Source: Marsupella aquatica (lineage: Eukaryota > Plantae > Marchantiophyta). Taken from it: DNA of 64,000 bases. A program made the position numbers and the translations under genes. The notes under the pieces were generated by a model. That model was not told the origin of the DNA, did no database searches, and saw only the letters and a list, made by a program, of their open reading frames with translations. The DNA lies in the NCBI GenBank assembly GCA_973895155.1, contig OZ316893.1, forward strand, positions 5,656,171-5,720,170, given 5' to 3'. Below, in pieces: positions 33,601 through 46,069 of the stretch (the stretch's first letter is position 1; each line of letters begins with the position of its first letter).

Positions 33601-36600
33601 CCCTCGTCAAGACCCAGACGCTTCTCTTTCTCAGGACCCGACTCTCTTTCCAGGCGCCAATTCGAATCATCCCTAGAAGAATCTTCATCAGTCCTGCCTT
33701 GCCGCCAGCTATGCTCTTCCCGTACGGCACCATGCTCCTGTCTCCAGTTCTTATCCTCCTTCTGAATTGGTGCACCTGCTGATTCTTCTACATTTCTTGC
33801 TCTCCTCCAAGCTCCATCGCTGCGCTGGCGCCAACCAGCATCTTCTCTGGGAAATCCTCCACCACCAACATCTTCTGCAATCCGAGTCCGTCTCCACCCC
33901 TCGTCCCTGCCCCCTGCGCACAACGTCCAAGGAAGGCTAATAAAGATCTTAACCTTTCACCATGAACAAGACTAATGCAATTAAAGTAACTTCATTTCTT
34001 CGCCGGTTCAAAGAGCTAGGAGTCTGCACGACTGAATTGTAGATTCGGCCTTTCTATCCAGGGAGGATCTACTGAGTTTATTATCCTCCACCCTTCCGCT
34101 AAACGATCATGAAGAGACTCGAAGATACTTAGATCTCAAAGCTCCTCGCAGACTGCTCATGCGACTGGCTTATCAAACTCACTTATAAAACAGTACTACC
34201 GGAACTTCAGCAGTTAACTCCACAACTTAGAAGTAACACGTACCTTCCAAATCCTGGACACTTTCATTCCGACCAGGTGGATCCCAAGCGTCCCCACCAT
34301 CTGCATCTGCGTATCTTGCCTCAGCCAGCTTGTCAAAGGCGCCTCCGTCACCACCACGGAGGTCACCAAATCCAGGAGCATCGAAAAAGTCATCCTCCCT
34401 GTGACCATCAAACAAATGTTCTTCCTTCCCAACTGAACAAACAGAAACACAGTTGCAACCAACTTAACGACGCAATTCGTCGATTGGACAAAGGGTATGG
34501 AATTCAACTTCAACGGCTAAAATTTAGACACATCATTACAGAAAATTGACATGCATTTAGGTTCCCACATTCTTTCGAACCAGTGGCAATTACTTTGAGA
34601 AGCAAGATCTACTGAAAAACCTATTCGCTGACATGCTCAATACCATTTCCCTCCAACGAACAAAACAAAGACATCCTTGAACTAAGAAACTAAAAGTGGT
34701 CGTGACTCGATTCTTGCCCACAGCATGAAGCTCGGGTTGAATCACCACAAATCATCCGTATCTGAACGATAAAAACCAGGGCCAAAGGAAAACCGATACA
34801 CAGGCATAGATAATCAACATCTCATCATTAGTGGGCCCTGGGAAAGCCTCTACTTGACGAGAAACACATGAAAACAGCTCCTTACCTGAAGGTTCTCATG
34901 TAAAACTTAACCAAAACATGATCCCCAGTAATGTCTATACAAATCAAAAGAGGTCTGCGTACCTATTCCTCGACCTCGGCCCCGACCTCGACCTGGGTCT
35001 TCACGGGTCCTAGCAACCGTAGTTTCTTTTGGAGCAGTACTATGGACAGCACCACTGCTTATAATTTCTCCCTTACGAATACCTTCAAGAACAGCCTGGC
35101 AACAGTAAACTCATGCAAAATTGTTAGATTCCTGTTAGGTCCGAAAAAACCCAGAATTCATTTGGTCGTGCCTGTTGACAGCGAAGTACATGACGACATC
35201 CAAAAGCTACAGCATCCAAGACTCGAAGCATCTAGAGCAAAAAAAATCAACTTTCAAAAAGGGATCCCGTGCCCCCACCTCCTCCTCCATGTCGGGTGCA
35301 AAGAATGCAAGAGGCTCCAAAGGTTCAGCTTGGGAAAGTTGTGGGACTTCCATGAAACCCTCCGGATAATTAGCAAAACTGGCAGAATTCCCGATCTTCC
35401 GATACACATCCAAAAGCTTTCCCCTTGGGTACCGAAACTGATTATCCAGGAGTGAGCTAGCTTTCCCTTGACCACTATCCCATTTATCCGAAAGAGGAGG
35501 TGCTCCTATGGGACTTCCAGATGGTGGACCATGAAGGAGCCCACTGCCTGCTGAGAAATTGGCTCGTCCCCTACTTGCAGCAAATCCAACACTGGCGCCC
35601 TCTCCTCTTCCCCTCCCAACACCAAAACCAGGTGCAAACTTAGGAGGAGCAGCCCCAGGAGGAGGGGGATCTCCTCTTCCTCGGCTCATAAAATTGGGGC
35701 GCCATGCCGGTCGGTCTCTGGTATCTCGAGTATCCCGAGATTCCCGATTATCTCGAGTTTCTCGAGTTGCAGTCTCCGTCTCTCTATCCCCTTCTCTGAT
35801 GTTTGGTGTATTGACAACGTGTCTTTCACGGTGTCCTTCAACTTCTTTCTCAGGTTCAGTCCACTTTTCTCGGCGGAACTCTTTGTCTTTGTCATCTGGA
35901 CCCCAGCGAGTACTCCACTTACTGTCTCGTCGAGCCTCAAAACTCGTCTCTCTGTTGGCTGTGTCCTGCCATCTTTCCGAGGGAAGGCGTCTGAGATCCC
36001 CAGTGTCTCTACTGGGATTATTTTCAGCCCATCGAGGCTGCTGGTCTCTCTGCCGAGACTCTGCGGATTCTCTCTCGCCTTCCTTCCACCTGTCCCTGCG
36101 AGCAGCTGTACTATTCTCTCGTTCCTCCTCACGCCAGCGATCACGACGACTACTATCAGCATCACGCTCCATAGAAATAGACCGCCACCAATCTCTCTTC
36201 CTTTCGGCCTCTCTAGCTCCATCTCGCCCACCATCTCCTCTGCCTCCCTCGCGACCAGGATCGTTTCTTACCACATCTCGCCCTCCATCCCCGCGCCAAC
36301 GTTCCTTAATGAGGGCTTCACTGTTTCCACCTATTTGGTTTGGAGTCCCTGGGGTTCGGGGAGGCTCCTGTACAGGAAAACACACGACACTCAAAAAATG
36401 TTCCTTTGAGGAGAGAAATGAAGGCTCACGAACGAGACATTCAACAGACCATCAAGTATGATCACAGAATATGAACTTCGAACCGGCACTTATCGAGAAA
36501 TGGTAAGTGCCGGTTCTGAAACAAAATTTGGCATATAAATGCCGTTCTGAAACAATATTATCCGAATACCCAACGAATTGGTAGTGTTGAGGTAGAGATT

Positions 36601-38318
36601 GCTGTCATACCATGCTAGATAATGGTTGCTTGGAGTCTGCTGGCTTTGAAAATAGCCACTGGGGAGACAGGGGAATGATGTTTTCCGAAGCCAAATCTGT
36701 AAGAGAGATCATTAAGAAGAAACAATGGGATGAACAACAGTTCCATAATAGGGAGTGGTCAGCTGATTAGGTAGCTCCCATGCCCCAGGAGACAACTTGG
36801 CTTAGATATTACAAAGAAAGACATCACGTGCATCACATCTAGACCTAGGTTGTTTCATACGTTGGGTCTACAGGCAGCATGATATCAAGACAAAATAATC
36901 GATTCATTATTCAGATTGTTAGTACAAAACCATCCTAATCACACAGTGAAACACACCTTTGATGTCGGAATCAAGTAGAAGCTTAGATGTTCCAAGTATT
37001 CCGCTACCTTCATCTGCAACAAATATCAAAAGTTTTTTAGAAGAAACAAAGGCAAACTAAGACGGAAGAACCTTCCGCAGTTGCATACAAAATGCGACTG
37101 CTGCAACAAACGCAAAGATTATATTACGATCATGTGGGTCAAGTAGATCTCATTCTCATCGTTATGTCTATCATCGCGATGATATAACTGGAGAAAGATC
37201 AAAAGTGGACAACAATAATAAATGTTTGATGCCAGTACACTGCTATTTTCGCAAAACAATGAACCAAACGGTTCAGAGGATAAGTGGATCGAGGCAGCTA
37301 CGAAATCGAGTTAAAAGAAAGCGGTTGCCTATGAAGAACTATTCGTAACAGAGACCGCCGGCAGCAATAGTGAAGCAAAGGCGGCCTCCGGAACATTCAG
37401 AGAAAGTGAATGTTCAGCTGAAGTCCAGCCTCCACGTCGAACAACGCTGTTAATGGCCAAAAAGACGACTGCTAGCAGAATACAATAGAACAACTTGGAG
37501 GATGCTAATGAGAAAGAAAATGCACACAAAGCTACGTGACAAGGTACTACGACGAAAAGCTACGAGAACCCCATGAATGTCATGTCTACCGTGAAGGATA
37601 TGCGTGACTGTTGTAACCGAGAAATCGACGGAAATCACGTCAGAACAAGTCCAATACAAAGCTAGACCCTAAAATGAATACAGAGAAATTCTGAATCGCA
37701 TCTGGAGCACAATCGTCGCAGACCAATCTTGGAGCAACGATAGGCCAGAGTGTGTACCAGGACGACAACACAAGACACAACCGTAAGAAGGTGTACAGTG
37801 ACAGGAGGCTCAATGCTCGTCTCCTCTACAGTGAGCACTGTGAGACAAGACATACAACGCACGAACCTCGCTCAACCTAAAAATTCCATTCAATAAGATT
37901 CTTCATCTGTACATAAAATGCCTGCTATCTTTCCAACGAACGAGGCCTGAAGTGAAGGAGGATATGACAGAGAACGAGGCGAAAAGACAGCTAGCTGCCT
38001 GCCAAGACCAGATAACCGACCTCCGACATGAGGCTACTATGCCACATTGAAAAATAAGCCAACGACTGCTACGAAGAATACCAAAAGCTTCCATAGGTGC
38101 AAGAGGTAAACCTCAGATGACAACCGACACTGAGAATGAATGTTGGCAAAATTTTGGACGAAAGATTCAACAAACATAAAGAGGGGAAGCATCCCACCAA
38201 AAAAACAGGTAGGGAAGAGAGCGGGGTACTAACCACGTAGTTTCCATGGTTCAAGACGAAGAGGCGCGCCACCACCGGTACCGCTCTCTCTTATATTTTC
38301 GCTCTTCACCTCAGACAT
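27650..38318 (-). CDS. GYF-domain protein, EXA1/PSIG1 (GIGYF-like) family, ~2174 aa; exons 38318-38234, 37013-36957, 36696-36611, 36367-35279, 35095-34963, 34432-34244, 33913-32936, 32749-31734, 31432-29328, 29070-28829, 28518-28411, 28086-27650
   Basis: N-terminal [12 protein letters not shown]; [13 protein letters not shown]; [13 protein letters not shown]; [26 protein letters not shown]; GYF domain [34 protein letters not shown]; KSL.EIQ.EE motifs; C-terminal [32 protein letters not shown]. All introns are GT-AG with consistent phase. The first exon is least certain. Confidence 0.93.
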
Positions 38319-38451
38319 TCTGCTCTTCTCTTCTCGCTGTCCTTGCCCAGACGTAACCCTAAATGTCAAAAATGCGCTTTCGCAAATGCTCCCCGACGCT
38401 CTGACTAGGACTCAGCCTCCAACCACCACCAAGCCAGCCACTCCCACTAGC

Positions 38452-38452
<1 letters not shown>

Positions 38453-38505
<53 letters not shown>
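38453..38505. repeat. (CT)n/(GA)n microsatellite in the GYF gene 5' region
   Basis: Uninterrupted ct run 135-190 bp upstream of the proposed ATG. A telo-box-like aaccctaaa lies near 38355. Confidence 0.95.
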
Positions 38506-38509
<4 letters not shown>

Positions 38510-39184
38510 CTCCACCTCAATGTACACTCCTCCCCGCCCTGCTCTATCCGCGCCTACTCCAACTCACTGCTCACTAAACCCCGCCGCTTCTAGGGCGAAA
38601 GCGAAACTTCAGATCCCCCGAAATTACGAGCACGCCGCGTCCTCATCCCCCTTCCCCAACACTCCTCCCGCAAGCTACCAATCCATCCACTGGCACAGCC
38701 TCGCGTCGCGTTGCTCGCAGCGGCAGCAGCAGCAGTAGCACTCAGTCCTCACTCAGTCCAGAAGCCCTCACCCCTACACACCAGCAGACGGACGGGGGTC
38801 ACACACACAAAGACAGAGAGTCAGCCGGTCGGTCGCAGAGCTTGTTCGTCCACAACAGAAGCGATCGACAACATCATTTATTTGTTCAATCTTCGAAGAA
38901 TCGGGAGCAGGAAGAGGAGTCAGCAGTAGTGGTATGAACATACAGGAAGAAGGGGAAGCGCTTATGTGCGGAAAACAGGTTTACGTCCGTGACGATGAAT
39001 GAAGAAGAAACAACACCTCAGCAGCAGCATCATCAGCAACCTGAACCTCAACAACGAGCGACCAACAAAGCGCAGTCTAACCGAGAGCGAAGACGAGCAA
39101 TTGAAGAGGAGAACGCCGGACAGACTGCAGGTTCGAAATTGCAAAATAATGGCCACTGGATTTCCGTGAATCCCATTTTCGACG

Positions 39185-39760
39185 AAATTTTCACCCAATT
39201 TAAAACTTCTTTAATTTAGAATTGGATGCTCCCATGGACCACAATGTCTCACCCTCGGTCTTGGATAGACCAATCCGATTTTTCGACAACCGAACAGGGA
39301 GCATTAACTTATACAAAGCAAAGGTGCTGTCTGAGTAAAAAGAAATGTTCCGGAGAGGGTCCATGGAACGTCTTGTCCCATTTTCATTCTAAGTTTCATC
39401 AAATTTCAACTTAGAACCACAATGTTTGACCTATGGACTTCCAAAGACCAAACACTTTTTTGATAACTTCTAAATTGCTCCCAATGGACCACAATGTTTC
39501 ACCGATGGACTTCCAAAGACCAAACACTTTTTTGACAACCGGAACACTGAATCAACTTCTACAAAGCAAAGGTGCTACCTCAGTAAAATGAAATGTTTCA
39601 GACAGGTCCAATGTGGGTTGGTCCATGGAGGATTGTGGGGTGCTCTAAAGTTTCATCAAATAAAAACTTCTTAATTTCACAACTTGATGCTCCCATGGAA
39701 GACAATGTTTGACAGTGCATTTTGAACATACCAAACACTTTTTTGATAACCTAAACCGTA
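39185..39760. repeat. Degenerate repeat array (probable transposon subterminal repeats)
   Basis: tgctcccatggaccacaatgt...ccaaacacttttttga(c/t)aac occurs ~4 times; caaagcaaaggtgct...agtaaaa.gaaatgtt and ctaagtttcatcaaat each occur twice. Confidence 0.75.
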
Positions 39761-41074
39761 TGGATTTATTACACCCTAACCCTTAATTAATGCCTTAAAT
39801 ATGTCAGTACTTAACCACCACTTCAGATTTTTGGATGGTTACTTAGCTTTGGGCACAAGACATGTGCATGGATTTTAGCAGCAGATCCATGCTCCACTGA
39901 TTGTGGGAGCAGCAGACCATGGTTGGCTACAGTAGTTTAGCAGTGGAGCCATGCTTCGCTGATTTGTGAGTCCTGAATCTATGGTCACCTAATTCTTGCA
40001 ACAGATCCGTCCTTGCCTTACATGAGCAGTAGATGCATGCTTGGCAAATTTCAGATGTGTATCCATGTTCCATTAGTTCTGACGTGGTTCTATGCTGGGC
40101 TAATTTTAGCTTGGATCCATGCTCACAGAATTTTAGCCACTTTTGGGTCCCACAATAGGCTAGCTTTAGCAAGAACGCTTATGTCAATATTGCATTGGTC
40201 TATGCCTGGCTAATTTTAGCATTGGTCTAAATGGCATAAATCTGACTAGTAGCCACTCTCGTCGAACAAAGATTTCATGAAAAGATTCTTTGAAAATTAG
40301 TTTAACAATGAAAAGTTCTCCCAAAAATTGCTTCCAAAGTTCAAGAAAATATTTTCACAAAAATTCACAATGGTAGTCTTAACAAATACTTTGGTCGTGA
40401 TTATTTGAGGATTACAGATTACAATACATTTGTATCTCAAATTAGTCATTAGAGAGTCAAATTGCTCCCACCCATAGAGAGCAAATATAATCTTCGTAGT
40501 TGGAAGATCAATAATACCAATCTGAACCTATCTAAACCAAATAGCTCACCTTTAAACTATTAATTTACCTCCTAAATGTTTTTACACTCATCCAAACTGC
40601 CCATTCAAGCTCAGGTGATGCTTATGGCACACCTGATATGGCTATCCTGATGTGAGAATCTAGAGTGTGTACAGTAGACTCAAAGTAGACATTAGTGGAG
40701 ACTTGCTGTAATTCTGAGGAGAAGCACTTTGCTCACAGTAAGTTGTATTAGTACTGCTTGTGACAATCTTGTCCTGTTTGGAAACCTTCCACCTTAATCT
40801 GGATTGGAAAAATAAATCCTCCAAGTTTGGCACATGCCCAACACTGGAAATAGGACCTGAATGGTATCTACAAAGATGAACAACTCCAAAGTGCGACCAC
40901 AAATGTCCAGGAAGGCTGACCCTCCAACACTAAAGTTATTCAGAAAGATATTGACCCACAAGTTAGCATTTCTACACAACAATGTTTAATCAGGTAACAG
41001 ATTGGGCTAAACACCTTGGTGGCAACAAAGACTCTTGTGACAATCAATCACATTCTTCACATATTCTGTGGCTA

Positions 41075-41493
41075 CCGTCTTCCCCCAAACACAGCGCCTG
41101 GGCGTTGTGTTCAAAAATGGAGTTGTGTGGGTCTCCATAAAAAAATGTATTTTACTTCAAACGCAACATCATTTTAATACAACACCCAGGCTTTGTGTTC
41201 AAATATTGCCGTTGTGTTTGAGTTGGACACTGTGTTTGGGATTTGACCCTAAACTTTTCTACATTGAGCACAAGTAGTAAAAAATTCAAAAATCATATGC
41301 CAATATTTAAACACAACGTCAACATTCGAACACAATGCCCATTTTCAGACACAATGCCATGCAAATACAAAAAATGAAAACACATAGTCCAAACTCGAAT
41401 ACAACGCCCCGGCCGGGCGCACCATTTGAATAGAGCACCCCATGGCCCACTATTCAAATACAAGGCCATGGTGTTGTGTTTGGGGGAGGACGG
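41075..41493. mobile_element. Tc1/mariner (pogo-like) MITE, 419 bp, TA target-site duplication
   Basis: TA|ccgtcttcccccaaacacagcgcc ... ggtgttgtgtttgggggaggacgg|TA (21/24 TIR match). Multiple internal aacacaacg/cgttgtgtt motifs. Confidence 0.85.
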
Positions 41494-42009
41494 TAGCTCT
41501 TTGCAACCACAAAAGAGCCACCAAATTCTGATCTATGACAAGTATCATTGTGCAAACTATGGGAGTCAACAGTCTGGGTGGAATGTTGAAACTCAATTAC
41601 ACCATTCCCTGCAATTGCTACAAATCACCTTATAAAGGTGGTATCCAATCCACTCTCATCATCCTCCGTCAAAATTTTCTCCTAAGTGCTCACATTCATA
41701 TTTAGATTGTAACAATCTATTTTAACGTTAATCTCTGAATCCCAATGAAATGATGACAAAAACCATCATGCATGTCATTATTTAATATACATGAATATCA
41801 TTCTCCTTTCCATGCACATAAATTTTTGGTGTGGCTCTTCAATCAGGGTCTAGAGGCTTCATTCCAAAAGCCTAGAGCCCAACTCTAGCTTCTCTTTGCC
41901 CTCACAAGAAGATTGAGACTCTCCTCTTGAAAGTTGTTATTTATAATGTTTAAACCACTCAAACAGTTTGACTAAAACATCAACCACCACACCACAAGCA
42001 TACAAATGA

Positions 42010-43000
42010 AAGCACCAGGACCACACAACATATACATAGTTTACCCAGACAGGGCTATGTCCATGGCCAATTATAGATGATCACTATGAACATCAAATCT
42101 ATATTGCTCACTCCTAGCACTACAGTATGCCTTGTCTCTCTTAGGTCTCTCACCTAAAACTAACTGTGTAGAATGAGTTTCACACCAGAGACTCCCATGG
42201 TGTGAGTAAATTCTAGAGAGACACTAACTGGTGATACTAGCTAAATACTATAGAGTTAATAGTCTAACCACAGTCACGGTAGAGTTAAAACCTAACTCAA
42301 ACATCTGCAAGTACACTGGAGAACATAACTGAAAATTTTGTGAGACCATAGTTGGGACCATAGTACAACTCATCATCACCATCTTGTCTTCCAAATAGTG
42401 CAAGTATGGCTCACCAGTGTAAGAGTAGTCAGTCTCTCCCTGGTCTGACCCCTCAATAATCATAAGATACTATGGAAGTGAATCACTTTGAGCATATCTA
42501 TCTTCATCATTTGAAACACACTTTGAATCTTTTAGATGATCTTCCAATCCATGCATTGAAATTAACAGTCAACTTCTCAATAAAAGCCAATGATAGCACA
42601 ACTTCAATGGCATCATTGAATGCAAGAGCTTCTCTATGAGTATAACATTAGTTGCAAAATTAGTGTAGCACTACTATCTTCACCTTTGTCGCAAAATCCT
42701 CCCTCACGTCGTCCTAGCTAGACGGCCATCCATAGCAAGCACTACCCTTTTGTCCTCCAACATTTAGTTGTTCTAGTTCAGAGCATCAACTTTCCTTTTT
42801 TCATTTGTTGTGTGAAACACACCATATTCTATGTGTTGTGTACACCTCATTTTAGATTGAATCAGTGCTCAAGTCTAAGCCATTGATTATATCTATTAAC
42901 TCATCCATAGTATAGACAAAAGTACATTGTAGCTACAATATCTGACTTGCAGTGAATTCGAGTAGACATTATGTTTTTGATATTGTTAAGGCCCTTCACA
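42010..43000 (-). mobile_element. Highly degraded LTR-retroelement remnant
   Basis: acatagtttaccc..gggctatgtccat at ~42035-42063 resembles the LTR motif at 10545-10580. Faint STAESEY-like remnant near 42930-42960. Confidence 0.3.
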
Positions 43001-44461
43001 GTTAGTGTGCATCACACAAAATGTGATGATCAGTTTTGTCCTAGTTTTAGCTTTGGGTTTTGCTCCAAACTGCTCCAAGTGGTGGGTTGAATATTTGTGT
43101 ACCTGGTAGGCACTTGTTGACTCAACAAAATGAAATAGATAGTGGTGGGATCCCAGAACTCAGTCCCATATCCCAGGGCAGGTAGTCAAGAATAATGCAA
43201 GCGCTTTAGAAATGTATGACAAACACATGAGCCATAATAAAGAACACACTGTAAAGGAGAAGGAGAGAGGGAAGAAGACCTAATAGTAGTTGTAAGGATT
43301 ATATGAAAAACATGTTTTATCAACCTTATCCCCAAACTAGTCATAATTCTTAATCTGTCCAAAAAACTATTTAAAGAGCAACTTGCCTTGCCCCCCCCCC
43401 CAAAACAAAAAATACAAAAAACAAACAATGGGTCAACTTGATTAGGCTCTTTGGATGGACCCGTTCGACTAACCACCAACACTCAACCGCTCTACAAGTG
43501 GCACATGGTTCCTTGCACCAAGCCATCACTTTCATCATTCTGTCACACAAGTGGAAGCCAGCCCCTTGGTTCTGGTCTTGGAGAGGTGTAGTAGCATTTG
43601 GAAGGAAAGAAACACGCTCACCTATTGTCAATTCTTTGGAATATTGGCAGGCTGGGTGTTTTTGCCCCAAGTCAAATCACACTTGAAATCCATGTTGGAT
43701 TGTTATCACTATGCCAAGAAAGGTATATAACTCAAAATTGTCATTCAATAACTTCAAGTTGTTCTCAAGCCTTGGGAGACTACATAAACCCAATCAACAA
43801 TGATGATGTTCATGGCTAAAATAATCAAGGGTGTAAGGGAGAGGCATTACGTTCTAAGGACTTTAGGGGTGATTACAACACCTGGATGCTTCAATGCATT
43901 GTTTGTGTTAGTTCTATCGGGAGTTCTGTTAGCATTTTATGCTAGAGCTTCATGAAAGGAAACAAAAGAATAAGTATACCTATTCCGCTGAGGACCTTAC
44001 CTGGTTTAGGAAGCTCATGAAGAGTAGAACTTGGAACCCGGGAAAGGACACCACCTCGTGGTTGACTCCTGCCTCCTGCCCTGATTAGTTGTAGTAACTG
44101 TTTCTTTCTTTTGGTTGGCCTTTTGGCTTGTGGGTGTTATGGTTCCCTGGGCCCTGTGTATGTTTTGTGGTACTGCCCTTGTTTTTGCTGGCGTTGGGAA
44201 AAAAAGGGTTTACAACTGCTCACAGTGCACCTAAATGTTTGCATATTGCATCAAGTCCTATAGGTGAGTTGCAATTGTCTTCAGGGTGCATAAATCCAGG
44301 TGTGAGAGGTTTAGGAATTAGGGCTTAGGGTGAAGGAAGCATTGGATGAGGCAGGCCTCATGTGTTGGGAATAAATCTAGTTTGAATGAGATACTATCAA
44401 CACATGTGAACAACATCCATAGTCTTTGACACTGAAGGTACGTGGTTCAACCTGTCTGCTT

Positions 44462-44858
44462 GGGGGTTTCACTTCCACAAAAACGACATATCACGTGCGA
44501 CGAAGGATATGATTGTTTTATTGGTTTTAAGGAAAGACTTAAGAATTTTTGTAGAAGAACAATAGGATCTTTTAAATTCAATTTTGAGATTTATAAGAAC
44601 ATTAGGATCTTTTTAATCCAATTTTATAGGGGTTAAAAAATTTAAAAACATCTTACATCACTCCAAAATACTCTAAAATAAGAACAAAAGTGTACTCTAA
44701 ATAAAGACCAAGTGAGGGTGAACAAAATATGGGGATAGGGCAAATATAAATGGATGGTAGCACATAATTCTGCTTTTTTGGAAGTTTTTTTTTTGGTCTT
44801 CATATTTTCAAGGATCCTGTAATCAGGCTTCATATGATCAAGGATGGGGTAATCAGGC
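44462..44858 (+). mobile_element. Dispersed repeat family copy (shared with 4055-4292 and 53630-53778)
   Basis: 5' half is an inverted match to 4.06-4.29 kb. 3' half (aagtgagggtgaacaaaa..gggcaaat.taaa; caagga..ggggtaatcaggct) matches 53640-53778. Confidence 0.75.
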
Positions 44859-45183
44859 TAGTAGTGAATATTTTCCCATTCAGCCAGGTCGCCCAGAGAA
44901 AAACAAATTGATAGCCAAAATGATGTTCTTGTTCAGCAGGACGCGAGTGATATGAGTGACTATGAGTGACTGACATGACAAGTGATGAGGTTTACAACCT
45001 CGAAATCCGCGAAGAAGAATGATAAATGTTGGCAATTGAACCACAGACCGTGGCACGCAACATCTTGCACAGGGTTGCAAGATGCGTACCTCCGTAGGTA
45101 CACAACTATGTCAGATTGTGTGCGGCAGTGGAAGACATTGACGAGACTAGGGTTGTGATTAGATTCACACACCTCAGGGATAA

Positions 45184-45291
45184 ATGAATTAATATTCATG
45201 TTCCAGACCTTAGAAATGCCTGAGGGTTTCTTTCTGCATGAATTAATATTCATGTTCCACACCTTAGAAATGCCTGAGGGTTTCTTTCTGC
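45184..45291. repeat. 54-bp tandem duplication
   Basis: atgaattaatattcatgttcca(g/c)accttagaaatgcctgagggtttctttctgc occurs twice. Confidence 0.9.
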
Positions 45292-46069
45292 CATAACCTC
45301 GCAGAGAGGGTGTTCATCTCCCGAGAGATTCGGTGATCAGGTGGCAGCAGCACTTCCCGGTACATGTCTGAGCAGTCGATGGTGTGGATCCTATCTCGAA
45401 TGGAAAGAGTACGATGAGGGAAGGTTCTTAAAATGAGTGTTTGGATTGGCGTGGCCTTGTGATCAAAATTGTTGCTGACCCTTTCGTGGAGGTTGATGTC
45501 TTCACCGTGCGGAAACCTGCATCATTTCGTTGCCACCATGCCTGTCTCTTTCTTTCGGGCTCTACGTGTTTCGAGATTCACGTCGAGTTCTTCAATTATC
45601 CTCTAGGGCTCTTGCCGTTGAGCCACAGTAGACAGGCCAGGTGGATCAGCTCAGGTACGGCAGTCCTCTGCATTGCTGCAGTTGGCCCATTTCTATCGAA
45701 TTGGTGCTTGCCAGTCCAACGCTTGTGAGAAGGCTGAAGGCATGTTGTTTAAGAGTTTTGATGATGAATGCTTAATGAGTCCTAACAAATTTGCTCCTGG
45801 AATTTCACGAGTACCCAAGATACTCTAGGAGTGCGAACAGCATTGTCCTTCGCAGAGCTTAGTTGGATCACAGTCCATCCCGATTACAGGCGCTCTCACT
45901 GAAGACGCTTGTTTCCTGCGAGGAATTTGATCTTCTACTAAGATTCGTGATTTATCAATCAAAGGCACCTAAGGAGTACTTCTTCACTGTTATATTGACG
46001 GTCTTACCTGGATTCAGGTGGTACGGTGGGAGGAGAAAAGTACGGTAGCGGCCGAAAGGCTAGCAGGGA

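Noticed and set aside
34931-35455. 174-aa + strand ORF
   Set aside because: Antisense to two GYF exons and an intron; no motifs
35559-36461. 300-aa and 196-aa + strand ORFs
   Set aside because: Antisense shadows of the R/D/E-rich GYF exon; S/L/R/P-biased, no family motifs
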